DNA from: Octopus sinensis
Lineage: Eukaryota
Length of the DNA: 64,000 nt
Direction: 5' to 3'
Assembly (NCBI RefSeq): GCF_006345805.1
Contig: NC_042998.1
Location: 167,648,001-167,712,000 of the forward strand
Under the pieces are notes generated by a model. The model worked only from the letters and a program-made list of their open reading frames with translations. It was not told where the DNA came from and ran no database searches. This document shows positions 29,658 to 40,999 of the stretch, one piece after another (position 1 is the stretch's first letter; each line of letters begins with the position of its first letter). The position numbers were made by a program, and so were the translations under genes.

Positions 29658-32600
29658 TTAATTGTGTGTTTCTTAAATGGCTTACAAACACCTTCCACGC
29701 TGCAATTGTTATAATAGTTTTGTTTTTGATTTAGGCACAAGACCATGAGTTTTGAGGTTATGGGATTCGTCGAAATTTTAGAATCCACTTGTTGACTCGT
29801 ACATCAATTTATCGACTTATGGACGATAAAAGACAAAGCAGAATTTGGTGGAGTCTGAACCCAGAATGCATAAAAATCAAAAGTAATACTGCAAGGCAAT
29901 TTTTCCGCCAGCTCTCCGGAATTTTACTAAAGGAAGAAAGGCAGTGATCTAGCTGAATCGTTGAAGTGTCGAAAAATGTTTTGTTATATAAATATTTGTT
30001 TCGGCTCTTTACGTTCTGAATTAAGAAAATGTTATACCTTATTTTCCGATATATAAGTCGACGTAGAATATAGTGTAAATATATAGGGTAAACATTCAAA
30101 TACGTCATTATCTTTCCAAACTCTTCTGCATTTCACGTGGAATGTTTTTCCCTCCTAAGTAATCTTAGCGTATAAGTCGACCTGCCTTTTTTGTGGCTGT
30201 AAATTTTGATCTGAAAAATCCGATTTGTATGCGAAAAGGGGTAATTTCAATTTTTGATGTTCAATGACGACTTATATGTTTAAACGCGTTAATATTATTG
30301 AGGAAAAACTTGTGGGCAACAAAGTTAAAGACCAGCTTTACATTGCTTTAACTGGCTAAATATTTTCAAGATACTGTCTGATAACGTAAGCAAACTGCTG
30401 AAGAATAGATGTAGGCATAAACATGCAGTGATAATTTGAAGTATAGCAGCGTGTTTCATCTGTTCGACGGCTGTCTTAGCAGTCATAATAAGACGGGTTG
30501 GGTCAGACAAGTTTCAAGTACCTATCTTTTCGGTTTAAACATATGGGAATTTTAGGTCTTCACTTCCAGCTAATGTGGCAGAGGATAACCGTTTAACTGC
30601 CTGTCACTACGCTGAAGTGTATACAAACTGATTTCATGACTGTGTATGCTTGCAATATTTATGTATGTATGACTATGTAAGTATGTATATGTATGTACAC
30701 ATACATACACACACGTGCGATAATATTTATGCATTTGTATTCTTCAGGTTTTATTTTTCAGAATTCTCGCTAGGAGAAGAGTCTCCAACTGAAACAAAGC
30801 TAATTTCATTGGAATTTAGATAACATCAGTGTGTGTGTGTGTATGTATGTAAGTATGTATGTATGTATGCATGTATGTATGTATGTATGTGTGTGTGTGT
30901 ATGTATGCATGTATGTGTGTGTATGCAAGTATGTATGCATGGATGCATGCATGCGTGTATGTATGTTTGTATGTATGCTGGTATGTATGTATGCTGGTAT
31001 GTATGTATGCTTGTATGTATGTCATTATTCAGTTTATTTCAAGATTTCTTGCCAATAGAGAAAGAGCCGGTTTCTAATCTAGATCCAAGGCTCCTTCATG
31101 GGTATTTCAGCAACATCAACAGGGTATTTTTCCATGTAAGTAAGTGGTAGTGGGTAGCGATTTTCTTCACTACTTCAGGGAGTGACAACCCTGCTTGACA
31201 CGAGTCCCGGGCTCAGCTGGCTCCGGCTGACAGTACCCGATATGGGCCCCTATCCAGGATTACGGAAAGGAGAAAACCTTCAAAGAAATCCGGAGTGGAG
31301 CCCCGTAGGTGGTTTAGTGTTCGACTCGACATTCTTCCGGCAGCTCCTGCAACCAAGCTGATGCTAAATGTAATGCTCTGCACTCCTTTGGACTACATCA
31401 GCATGGTCGAGAGAGTAATCCTGACGATTTGGCTACCCAGGATTTTCTTACATCTAGCTCAGGCCTGCGCAAAACTGATTTTATGCGCAACTCCATTGTC
31501 TCCTGAGACGAAAGGATGCCAACAAATGTATGTGTGCAGTATTTGGAGTCAGTGCATGTGGTGATTTGTATGTTTTGTACATATTTTTATGCATGTATTT
31601 GTATGTCTAGACATGCGCATATATACTTATATGGTAAACGTCTGTATGTATGTGTGTATGTATGGATGACTATGCATTTGCACACTTAAGTATGCATGTA
31701 TTTTATTGCATATGCGGGCCTATGTGTTTACACATAAGTATGTTTATATACCTATCCATGTCTATAAGTTCCTAAATTTTTTGCATTTTCACAATTCTAG
31801 CTTGTAATTCAATCTTACACGGGCGTGGCCTTTCTGCATTTGTGAAACCCAACTTATGAGGTTCATACTGTTGCAGTTATTTACATAACCAAGTGTCCCT
31901 ATTAACAAAATTATAAACCTAGTTATGATTTGTGTGTATCTCTGGCGTTCACTTTTGATTGACACGGATATTTTCTCACTTTTCGTTATCTTTAACATTG
32001 TGTTAACGTCTGCTGAATTACTGATTTCTACTATCGTGTATACTTTGTTTTTCTCAGTCACAGATCATTATGCATTATGTTCTTACATTTTACAGAGGCT
32101 TCGATTTGAAAGTTCTGCTAGTATTTTTTCATATTATGAGTATGCCCTTGTTTGTGTGATAGTATTTATGTACCACATTTTCTTATTTCTTTACTGCCCA
32201 CAAGGAGCTACACACAGAGGGGACAAACAAGGACAGACAAACGGATTAAGTCGATTATATCGACCCCAGTGCGGAATTTGAACTCAGAACGTAGCGACAG
32301 ACGAAATACTGCTGATCATTTCGTCGGCGTGCTAACGATTCTGCCAGCTCGCCGCCTTTACGGACTCCATTTCTATCAAACAATTAACTCTATTGATTGA
32401 ATAACATTAACAGTAGAAGATTTATATTCTGATCTTTAGATAGATTAGCATATATTTGAAATTCCGCTTACTGATTGTATTTGGAAAGTACGTACTATAA
32501 ATGCACCAATACGTACTATAAATGCACCAATAGTTAACTGTATAAATTTCAATTTATACTATAGGGAGACATAGTGTACATTGCAAAGCAGTTTTCTGAA

Positions 32601-32819
32601 AGGGAAAACTTTTCAATTTTGCTATGTAGCTGAGATCACTAACTGTAAGAAATATTTCGTTTCTCTCCTAAGCAACTAACTTATATTAGTTCAGTTAGGT
32701 TTGTGCTTGAAGGAAGTTTTAATGGGAATAAAATATAATGTGTTTTGAATGGCACAACGATGCACTATAATAACAACAATGGACTATAATAACTCTTATA
32801 ATTTAATTATCTATAGTCA

Positions 32820-32867
32820 GATATAATAATAATATTTCGGAATATAAAAATTCCTTCTTCAGATATC
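32820..32867 (-). ncRNA. Degenerate second copy of the family-3 hammerhead
   Basis: Reads GAUAU-CUGAAGA-A-GGAAU(UUUUAU)AUUCC-GAAA-UA-UU, then an ATTATT insertion before AUAUC. It lies in 32738-32915, which is homologous to 21128-21280. Confidence 0.6.
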
Positions 32868-33546
32868 GCTAGGAATTTTTCGAGTCACTGCTACGGTTTC
32901 TGTTTTTTTTTTTTCCAGAAACGTCTCTGAAGTGGTCTCACGAAGCTCCTTCCGGAATTCCTCATGAATGTTTCACCAATAGTCCTTGTGTTGTAATGTA
33001 TGTACTCAACTAGGATAATGCATTCTCGAATGGCATTGTGTATTATTTTTGCCACAGCACCATGCTAGAAACTGCTGATCCCAAGTATCTATCACCGAAA
33101 TCGGGAACCGGGGTGGGGGTGGGGGGTTAGCCCACCTACTAAAAGTTTGGTGTGTAGTGGCAATGAAAGCGCTTTATATAGCCTCCAGAAATACTTCAAT
33201 ACCAAAACGAACGAGCGTATAAACATTTGGGAACTGATTTCAAACACTACTTTTTTCCATTATTTGATTTTTCTGATTTGACTGATGTACAAATATAATA
33301 ATAGTTTCAAATTTTGGCACAAAACCAAATATCTCCGATGAAGGGGTAATTGTATCAACTCCAATGCTTGACCGATACTTATTTTATCAACCCCGAAAGG
33401 ATAATATGCAAACCCGACCTCGGTGGGATTTGAACTCAGCACATTAAGAAATGCTGCGCAGCATTTTGCCCTGTGTACTAATGATTCTGGCAACTCACCG
33501 CCTTGCGTACAAATATAGAAATAATTATCATTATTACACCTGTTTT

Positions 33547-33760
33547 AAGGCGGCGACCTAGCAGAATCGTTAATACGTCGGGCAAAATTCTTAGCGGCAT
33601 TTCGTCAATTTTTACGTTCTAAATTCAAAATCCGCCAAAATCGACTTTGCCTTTCCTCCTTTCGGGGTCGATAAAATAAGTACCAGTTGAACACTGGGGT
33701 CGATGTAGTTGACTTTCCCCTCCCCGGAAATTTCTGGTCTTGTACCAAAATTTGAATCCA
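33547..33760 (+). mobile_element. tRNA-headed ~210-bp SINE with a Deu/Nin-like central domain (representative of over 20 copies)
   Basis: Head GGCGGCGAGCTGGCAGAATCGTTAG..GAGTTCAAATTCC and centre GCCTTTCATCCTTTCGGGGTCGATAAAATAAGTACCAG. Other copies at about 76-290, 930-1145, 3100-3290, 4440-4860, 10493-10710, 15270-15680, 20587-20795, 24415-24630, 25740-25935, 29710-30020, 32185-32360, 33310-33505, 48850-48990, 56340-56525, 57354-57535, 58628-58825 and 62960-63170. Confidence 0.8.
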
Positions 33761-34790
33761 TACCTGTGTTTGCTTTGATTGAAAAAAATTGTTTGTAAAA
33801 ACATTTGGGACTTGGTTTTGCACCCCCAGGTAAAGTTCGTTCCTGTATTATGACCCATATATGACATAATGTTGGTAGCATATTGGGATTTTAAGGGCTT
33901 TGCAATTTGAATTGTAAACCATTACTTCGGAACATGACGTGGTCTAACTGTTACGAATCCAAGAGAGTCAGCATTTACTTGTCGACATTGGCATCATATA
34001 AAATTAGACAGTAACCATACCCATGTTTTGCTTCTGTTGGTCTTTGGTAAGTAAGGGTTTCTTCTCCGGTCTCAACAGTAAAAGTACGTCTAGCCCAGTG
34101 GTTCTGGGGCCGCGCGAAATGCCAACAGAAACGAAATAAATGCTTAGGTGGAGTTTCATCCCGAATTCTAAGACGTTGTTCTCTTCACTGTTGAACACTT
34201 AGCTGTAGTATATATTTTCGCTGCTGTTGTTTAACAGATGGCTTCCGTGAAATATCATACAATGACACTGACAGGCTGTCTGGACAGACCTTAAACCCCT
34301 TCCCATCACTTTTCCTTCTGATATAGAACCATTTCTGTTATAATACTTATGAAATAATATAATTGATATTCAAGAAGTGCACGTATATTTATATACACAA
34401 CAATATATACTCGCAGTTTTGCATACACACACATACACGCACGCGCACACATAATCACACGTACAAACACACACACACACACACACACACATTTTCATGT
34501 TTATGCTAATGTGTAAACGTGTTTAATATATATATTTATAAATGTGTATGTATATATACATGCACACATATGTATACATATAAATATATATATATATACA
34601 TACATTCATATATACATACATACATACATAGATACATACATACATACATACATACATACAGGCACGATACAGTAGAAAACCTCCCTTACATTATCCGACA
34701 CACCCTACATAGTAACTTCTGTAGTGAAGGCAGCTGGTAACGGTGACTCCATGCAGCTAATGTTTTACTGTTTTTTATTTTCTTTTTCAG

Positions 34791-34853
34791 TTGCCATCTT
34801 GGTTTGGATCGGTGCGCACCGTACGCTTGCTGCTCTAGGAGTTGTCAGGAAGG
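34791..34853 (+). CDS. Candidate 63-nt internal exon of an unidentified gene
   Basis: Long pyrimidine acceptor ttttttattttctttttcag and donor AGG|gtgatt; locally GC/CpG-rich. Open in two frames (AILVWIGAHRTLAALGVVRK or CHLGLDRCAPYACCSRSCQE). Confidence 0.35.
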
Positions 34854-35226
34854 GTGATTCTGATATTTTTTGTCGCAACTAGTCAAATGTGTGCGTCTCT
34901 CTCTCTCTATATATATATATATATTTCTGTGTGAGTTAGAGGTTGGGAAATCAACCAACTAAGGGATAATTTCTATCCAATATACTGCTGGTAGGGTGTC
35001 CAATTGTTCATACCCAAGCGCTGGTTATTGTGTGTTAATCTCGCAACTGAGTGTTATATATGTTCTTTGCCTTGTTCGTTCCATTCAGCTCTATGAAAGG
35101 TTTTTGTATATTTTTGTTGGTCGTAATTATTCATACCAATATGTAATTCCTGACAAAGAATCTAATTTTTATTTCAAGAAGAGCTTTTCGTTTTTGTGAT
35201 TGGAACTAATTAAACTCCGAAACAAA

Positions 35227-35395
35227 AAATCTCCATGAAGTTAAGGAGATAGACAAAGAACATGTCTCTACTTCAGCATAGAAGTTACTAAAATTATCAA
35301 GAAGACTCTGCTTGTCACTGATTTTTTTGTCTTAATGAGGTCAGTTTTAATTTATAGACTAGTTTATCAAATCCCTTGTATATCTAAGGCTAGGA
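35227..35395 (+). mobile_element. Solo fragment of the family-4 terminal repeat
   Basis: Nearly identical to 40078-40250 (aatctcca(a/t)gaagttaaggagatagacaaagaacatg...tatatctaaggct). Confidence 0.85.
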
Positions 35396-36646
35396 GAAAC
35401 TATTTGTAGAATTTATATTGGATCTGTACCAACCTGGATTATCAGTACGAATCAGAAACGTACGACCGCTACTTCTGAAATATATGGCAAACCATACATC
35501 AACCTGAGGATTACCCAACTGTACAGTGGGATAAGGTACAGTCAGCACTAAACTGGACTGAAGAACAGTGTAATAGTGAAGTGGGCTGTGTGAGCTTTGG
35601 AATTTAATAGAATGGAAATAACGATATAAAAATTTGAAATAGCATTAAGTAAGCAATTTATTTTTTAGTTGTGAAGTGTAACTAGATTAAACGTCGTCAA
35701 CTTTTAACGCAAAATAGACAAATACAGGTATATCAGATACCATACAAAAACGCTCTTTTAAGTAAAATTATCTGCGTCTCAAGAGGATTTATCTGTGCCT
35801 CTATAGACGCAGACAGTTTGAATTAATGAACAGTTTAGGTTGTAATAGTATTTTATATACATTATACCAGAATTAGTCTTTGTTGTTCAAGTACATGCGA
35901 CTGATTGCCTTGAGTTATTTACGTTATCTCATTTTTGTTTATATTTTGTAAATTACCTAGGCCATAAATGTATTCTACTCTATTTTGTATAAATCCAAGT
36001 CCCTGGGTTACAGGAGACAAGTTTAAGCAACTGACGTGCTGATGACAACTACCGAGGCAGAAACACACCTCCAAGACTGTCCTCTTATGTCCAGACTGTC
36101 ATTTTCCTTAAATGCGCGTCCATTTTCGAGAAATCTTGATTGTTGAGATTATCTCCCCTTTTGAAATGAAATTGGTTTTTATTGCCATTTGGTAATTGTG
36201 ATAAATCTTCTAGAGGCGGAGATGATTTTAATAAATCAAGAATTGCTGTTGTATGATATTTGATATACCTGTATGTGTATGTTTCCACAAAAAAGCTGGT
36301 TGTAAAAGCATTAGCCACTTGAACTTCAGTTACGAAAAACTGGTAGTCTTGTATTCTTCACCTTTTACAAATTCATTTGCGCTCTATTCTCTTACACCAC
36401 ACATACATGCACACCAGAATGTTTGCGGCATTAAGCGAAAAGTGTTGGAAAACTATTTATAATCTGTCTGTAACTATAGTAAATAGAACTTATAGAAAGA
36501 TAGAAGAGATTTAAAATATATTAAAGCAGTATGAAGTGATGTAAGATAACAAATCCCTAGCCATACGAACTGTATGTATGTACTTATGTCTATATGTCTA
36601 TATAAATGTATGTATAAATACGAGTATATATATATATTATATATAT

Positions 36647-36715
<69 letters not shown>

Positions 36716-36823
36716 ATATATGAACATACCCATATATATATGTATGTATATGTATGGGTATGTATGCATGCGTGTATACGTGTGTGCATACATATATGTG
36801 TATGTATATATGTATATGTATAT

Positions 36824-36903
<80 letters not shown>

Positions 36904-37603
36904 GTACTTATATATATGTGTGTCATTGTGTGTGCATGTGTATGTGTGTGTGTGTAAGCGTGTGTGCACGCATGTGTATGTGTGTATAACGTTATCTATT
37001 TTACATTGTAAGTTCAGACAAGTGTAATATTTCTCTACATGGCAATGCTTGCAAAATATAATGTTTATTTTTATTGGAAAGAATTAATGAGTATCTTGAA
37101 CTTCTATTACTTCTCCATTCCTTCATCAAATGATATTTCCAGACGACAGCTGACATAGTACTTCCACTGATCACTAGTGGTTATACCAGACACCATCAAC
37201 AGACTTTTGGCAAAGTGATTGTCGAAATTTATTCGTTAGACACGCATGTAAACACATGCACACTTGCTTGCTTTCTTATGTATATATAAATATATATATA
37301 TAAATGTGTGTGTGTGTGTGTGTGTGTGTGTATGCTTGCATAAATACATATGTATATATAAACAAAGGCATATATGCGCAAACACATGAAATAAGGCTTT
37401 ATCCATTGGAATTTAGATATGATGTGTATATATGCATGTGTGTCTATTTTTATGTATGCTATGTTATGTTAAGAATATATGTATGTGCATGCACGTGTAT
37501 GTATGTGTGTGTGTGTGTGTGCCTGTGTATGTGTGTGTCTATGTGTTCTTGTAATTATGCTTTGCTATAACAAGAACACTATGACTAATCCTGGCCAGCC
37601 CAC

Positions 37604-37673
37604 CTTCTCATACAGCTTCTGCGATAGTGCTTGTTTGTCTCGAATTGGACTTGTCAGGCAGGCATCAGCAAAC
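37604..37673 (-). CDS. Candidate 70-nt exon (FADACLTSPIRDKQALSQKLYEK)
   Basis: Acceptor gttacag and donor AAG|gtgggc. Phase-compatible with candidate exons 48678-48718 and 27985-28049. Confidence 0.3.
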
Positions 37674-38187
37674 CTGTAACATCCACCACCGAAAATATCC
37701 GCTCATGAAGCCATGAAGAAGACACAAATAATGAAACTAATAGTAATTCTAACCATATTGTCGTCACTTGCCGATGGAATTTTCATTAGTTTTTTTTATA
37801 GCTGATGTCGTTGATGAAGTTTAAGCTGGAATAACATTGCACTGTAACTGATTTACCATTGTACATGTAACAGGGAGGACGTCTGGAATGCTTCACATAA
37901 CTTCACTGTTCAATAACTGATCTGTAATTTCAATTTCTCAATTAGCTGTTTGCCTTTTCTGATTTTGTGAAGCCTAAATTCTCTACATTGGTCATATGAC
38001 AGTTAATTACATAAATATATACAATAATAATTAAATGCATGGATAAACTTACAGATATAGTCTAGGTGCAATAGGAGGTTATTTTTATCTTAGCTTTATG
38101 TTAACATCCACTGCACTGTTAACCTCGCACACATACATAAATACGTCCCACCACATATATACGTACATACATACATAGAAGCATACA

Positions 38188-38237
<50 letters not shown>

Positions 38238-38264
38238 CATGTAAGTATATGTATTGGTCTCTCT

Positions 38265-38325
<61 letters not shown>

Positions 38326-38336
38326 ATATATATATA

Positions 38337-38773
38337 TCGGCTGTTCGGCCTTAGCCCGAGTATAATTTTAGTAAAGTGAACGTGTATTTGCAAGCTGATT
38401 TAATTTCTGCCAACACTGAAGTAATTTCAGCCAGTAACTCGGCCTCCTTTTAGTGAGCCTGGTCGCAGTTTATTTATTTTCGTTCACCGTCTGGCGGTCG
38501 TCTTAGAGGTACCTTGTGTCAAAAAATATCGTTCGTAACATATGTTCTCTCGACATCATTCACAAGGACCTGACTCGGGTTCAGAAGTTACAGCCCATTG
38601 TTATCTATAATCGTAAAAATTAAAAGTACTTCAAATTTAATGTTTTCTTGAGGCAATAAATTTCTGTAAAGATTAGGATTTAAATTCCAATCTATGAAAA
38701 GTTTCCATTCTACGATATTCTTAAAAGCGCAAAAAACTTATCCAGCACCTCGGGCTAATACGAACGGGTCTCG
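38337..38773. mobile_element. Tc1/mariner-like MITE; a diverged partial copy lies at about 11000-11215 (-)
   Basis: Imperfect TIRs sharing GTTCG..TTAGCCCGAG with TA flanks. 38341-38500 aligns to the reverse complement of 11030-11210. Confidence 0.5.
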
Positions 38774-39103
38774 TAGGTGTAAAAGACAAACTAGCATCTC
38801 TTGTCAAGCGTACAGGCGTCAGTCAGATCGCTGATATTTGTTATGCACTCCGCTGTCGTTATTTGATTACTGTTATTCTGTGTGTGTGTGTGCAAAGAAG
38901 AGTTGTGTTTCACATGGTTGCTTAATTTTAACCCTTAACTTAAGTATGGAGGAAGATATAGTACTAGATATAAAAAGTAAGCTATTTTGGGGCTAGAAAT
39001 ATTGCGAAAAACCTGAAATTCTTCAAGCAGGCATGTGTCTTATGCGAAATCCGTGACGAGCCTGAGTGACGCTGATGACCTAGAGTCGCCTCTGATATAT
39101 ATA

Positions 39104-39516
39104 GGAGTGGATGTGTGGTAAGTAGCTTGCTAACCAACCACATGGTTCCGGGTTCAGTCCCACTGCGTGGTATCTTGGGCAAGTGTCTTCTGCTATAGCC
39201 CCGAGCCGACCAATGCCTTGTGAGTGGATTTGGTAGACGGAAACTGAAAGAAGCCTGTCGTATATATGTATGTATATATATATGTGTGTGTATGTGTTTG
39301 TGTGTCTGTGTTTGTCCCCCCCAACATCGCTTGACAACCGATGCTGGTGTGTTTACGTCCCCGTCACTTAGCGGTTCGGCAAAAGAGATCGATAGAATAA
39401 GTACTGGGCTTACAAAAGAATAAGTCCCGGGGTCGATTTGCTCGACTAAAGGCGGTGCTCCAGCATGGCCGCAGTCAAATGGCTGAAACAAGTAAAAGAG
39501 TAAAAGAGTAAAGAGT
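39104..39516 (+). mobile_element. CORE-type SINE copy
   Basis: Collinear with 12785-13198. Confidence 0.85.
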
Positions 39517-39542
39517 ATATATATATATATATACATATACAT

Positions 39543-39591
<49 letters not shown>

Positions 39592-39859
39592 ACACACACA
39601 CACACATATATATTTATATCATGTATACATAGTCTTGGAGTTGATTTCTTCGATTAAAACCCTTCAAGGCGGTGCTCCTGCATGCCGAAGTCAAATGGCT
39701 GAAACATATAAAAGAATAAAAGAATATGTATATGTATATATATGCGTACATGTATTACACATGTGTAGATATATACATATGCATATGTGCACATGCACCT
39801 ATATATATATATATAATATATATATATATATAGGTGCACCTATATATATATATATATAT

Positions 39860-39891
<32 letters not shown>

Positions 39892-39930
39892 CATATATAT
39901 ACATATCAAAATAAGGATATCCAGAGGTAA

Positions 39931-40017
39931 TGCAGTGCGATCGTTTCATGCAATTCCATTTAATTGGGCAATGTGATCATTACATCAATTTAAAATGTAG
40001 AGCAATCTTCAGTTGCA
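39931..40017 (-). ncRNA. Inverted copy of the family-4 hammerhead-like motif (cleavage site mutated)
   Basis: Keeps CUGAAGA-UUGC...GCAU-GAAA-CGAUCG, but the site reads CA instead of UU. Confidence 0.5.
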
Positions 40018-40397
40018 CAAAGACATAGAATTTAATTAAATTAGAACAGATGAACACATTAGTATAATTATACCTAAAATCTCCAAGAAGTTAAGGAGAT
40101 AGACAAAGAACATGTTGTCTCTACTTCAGCATAGAAGTTACTAAAATTATCAAGAAGACTCTGCCTGTCATTGATTTTTTGTCTTTATGGGGTCAGTTTT
40201 AATTTATAGACTAGTTTATCAAATCCCTTGTATATCTAAGGCTGAGAGAAGACAGACATTCTGGTTGGTATAGTCATAAAAATATCAAGATTTATTATAA
40301 GCAATATCATGAGGTTTAGTAAGGGAAAACTTACTTGTATGCATGGAAACTACTTGTATGACTGATGATGCAGAGCCGATTTTATATGATAATATGA

Positions 40398-40939
40398 TTG
40401 GAGTTAGAAAATAATAGACGTGAACATAACATACTTGATAATGTAATTATTAATAGCGAAAATATTAACAATATAAATGGAAATAATAATTTAAAATTTA
40501 ATAATACTAATATTAATAATAATAATTCTCCTAATTGTAATTGTAGGGTTAAATCCCGCTGTCCATTATTGGACCAGAATATAGTATATAAATGCACAAT
40601 AATAAATACAACTAATAATTATATTTACTTCAGTTGTTCGATTAATTTGAAACAGCATATATACAATCATGTGTCGTCTTTTAAACTTAAACATAAGGCG
40701 AATTGTACATCATTATCCAGTAAGATTTGGAAATTGGAATTGAGTTTAGCCTCAAATGGGAAATAATAACAAAAGCTCTGCCTGATAGAAATAGCAGATA
40801 TGGGTGTGAGCTGTGCTCTATGGAAACATATGAAGCTTTTAAGCATAAAGATAATGGCAACCTGATTAATAATCAATTAGATCTTAGGGTATTATGTGTA
40901 CATAGTACCACCTGTACCTTCAAATATTTTAGAAAGTAG
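40398..40939 (+). pseudogene. Penelope-type GIY-YIG endonuclease relic (frameshifted)
   Basis: Two overlapping ORFs give CNCRVKSRCPL..IVYKC..YIYFSCS..LKQHIYNHVSSF..TSLSSKIWKL and KWEIITKA..CELCSMET..LINN..LCVH, the Cys/His-flanked GIY-YIG layout of PLE endonucleases. The YIG and catalytic Arg positions are altered and there is a frameshift near 40737. Confidence 0.8.
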
Positions 40940-40999
40940 CACTTTATTGATCTTGAGTTTTAAAACTTATAATATACCTCTTAGTTGAAAATCAGTGCA

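Larger units (their letters stand above)
29466..29710. mobile_element. Fold-back (inverted pLTR) Penelope-like insertion
   Basis: Arms 29466-29598 and 29605-29710 are reverse complements. The right arm lacks about 30 nt present in the left arm. Confidence 0.65.

Noticed and set aside
36085-36318. ORF RYIKYHTTAILDLLKSSPPLEDL... as a terminal exon
   Set aside because: It has a plausible acceptor but no recognisable homology and no consistent placement in either exon chain.
40366-40385. CTGATGA upstream of the GIY-YIG ORF
   Set aside because: No GAAA or helices follow it.
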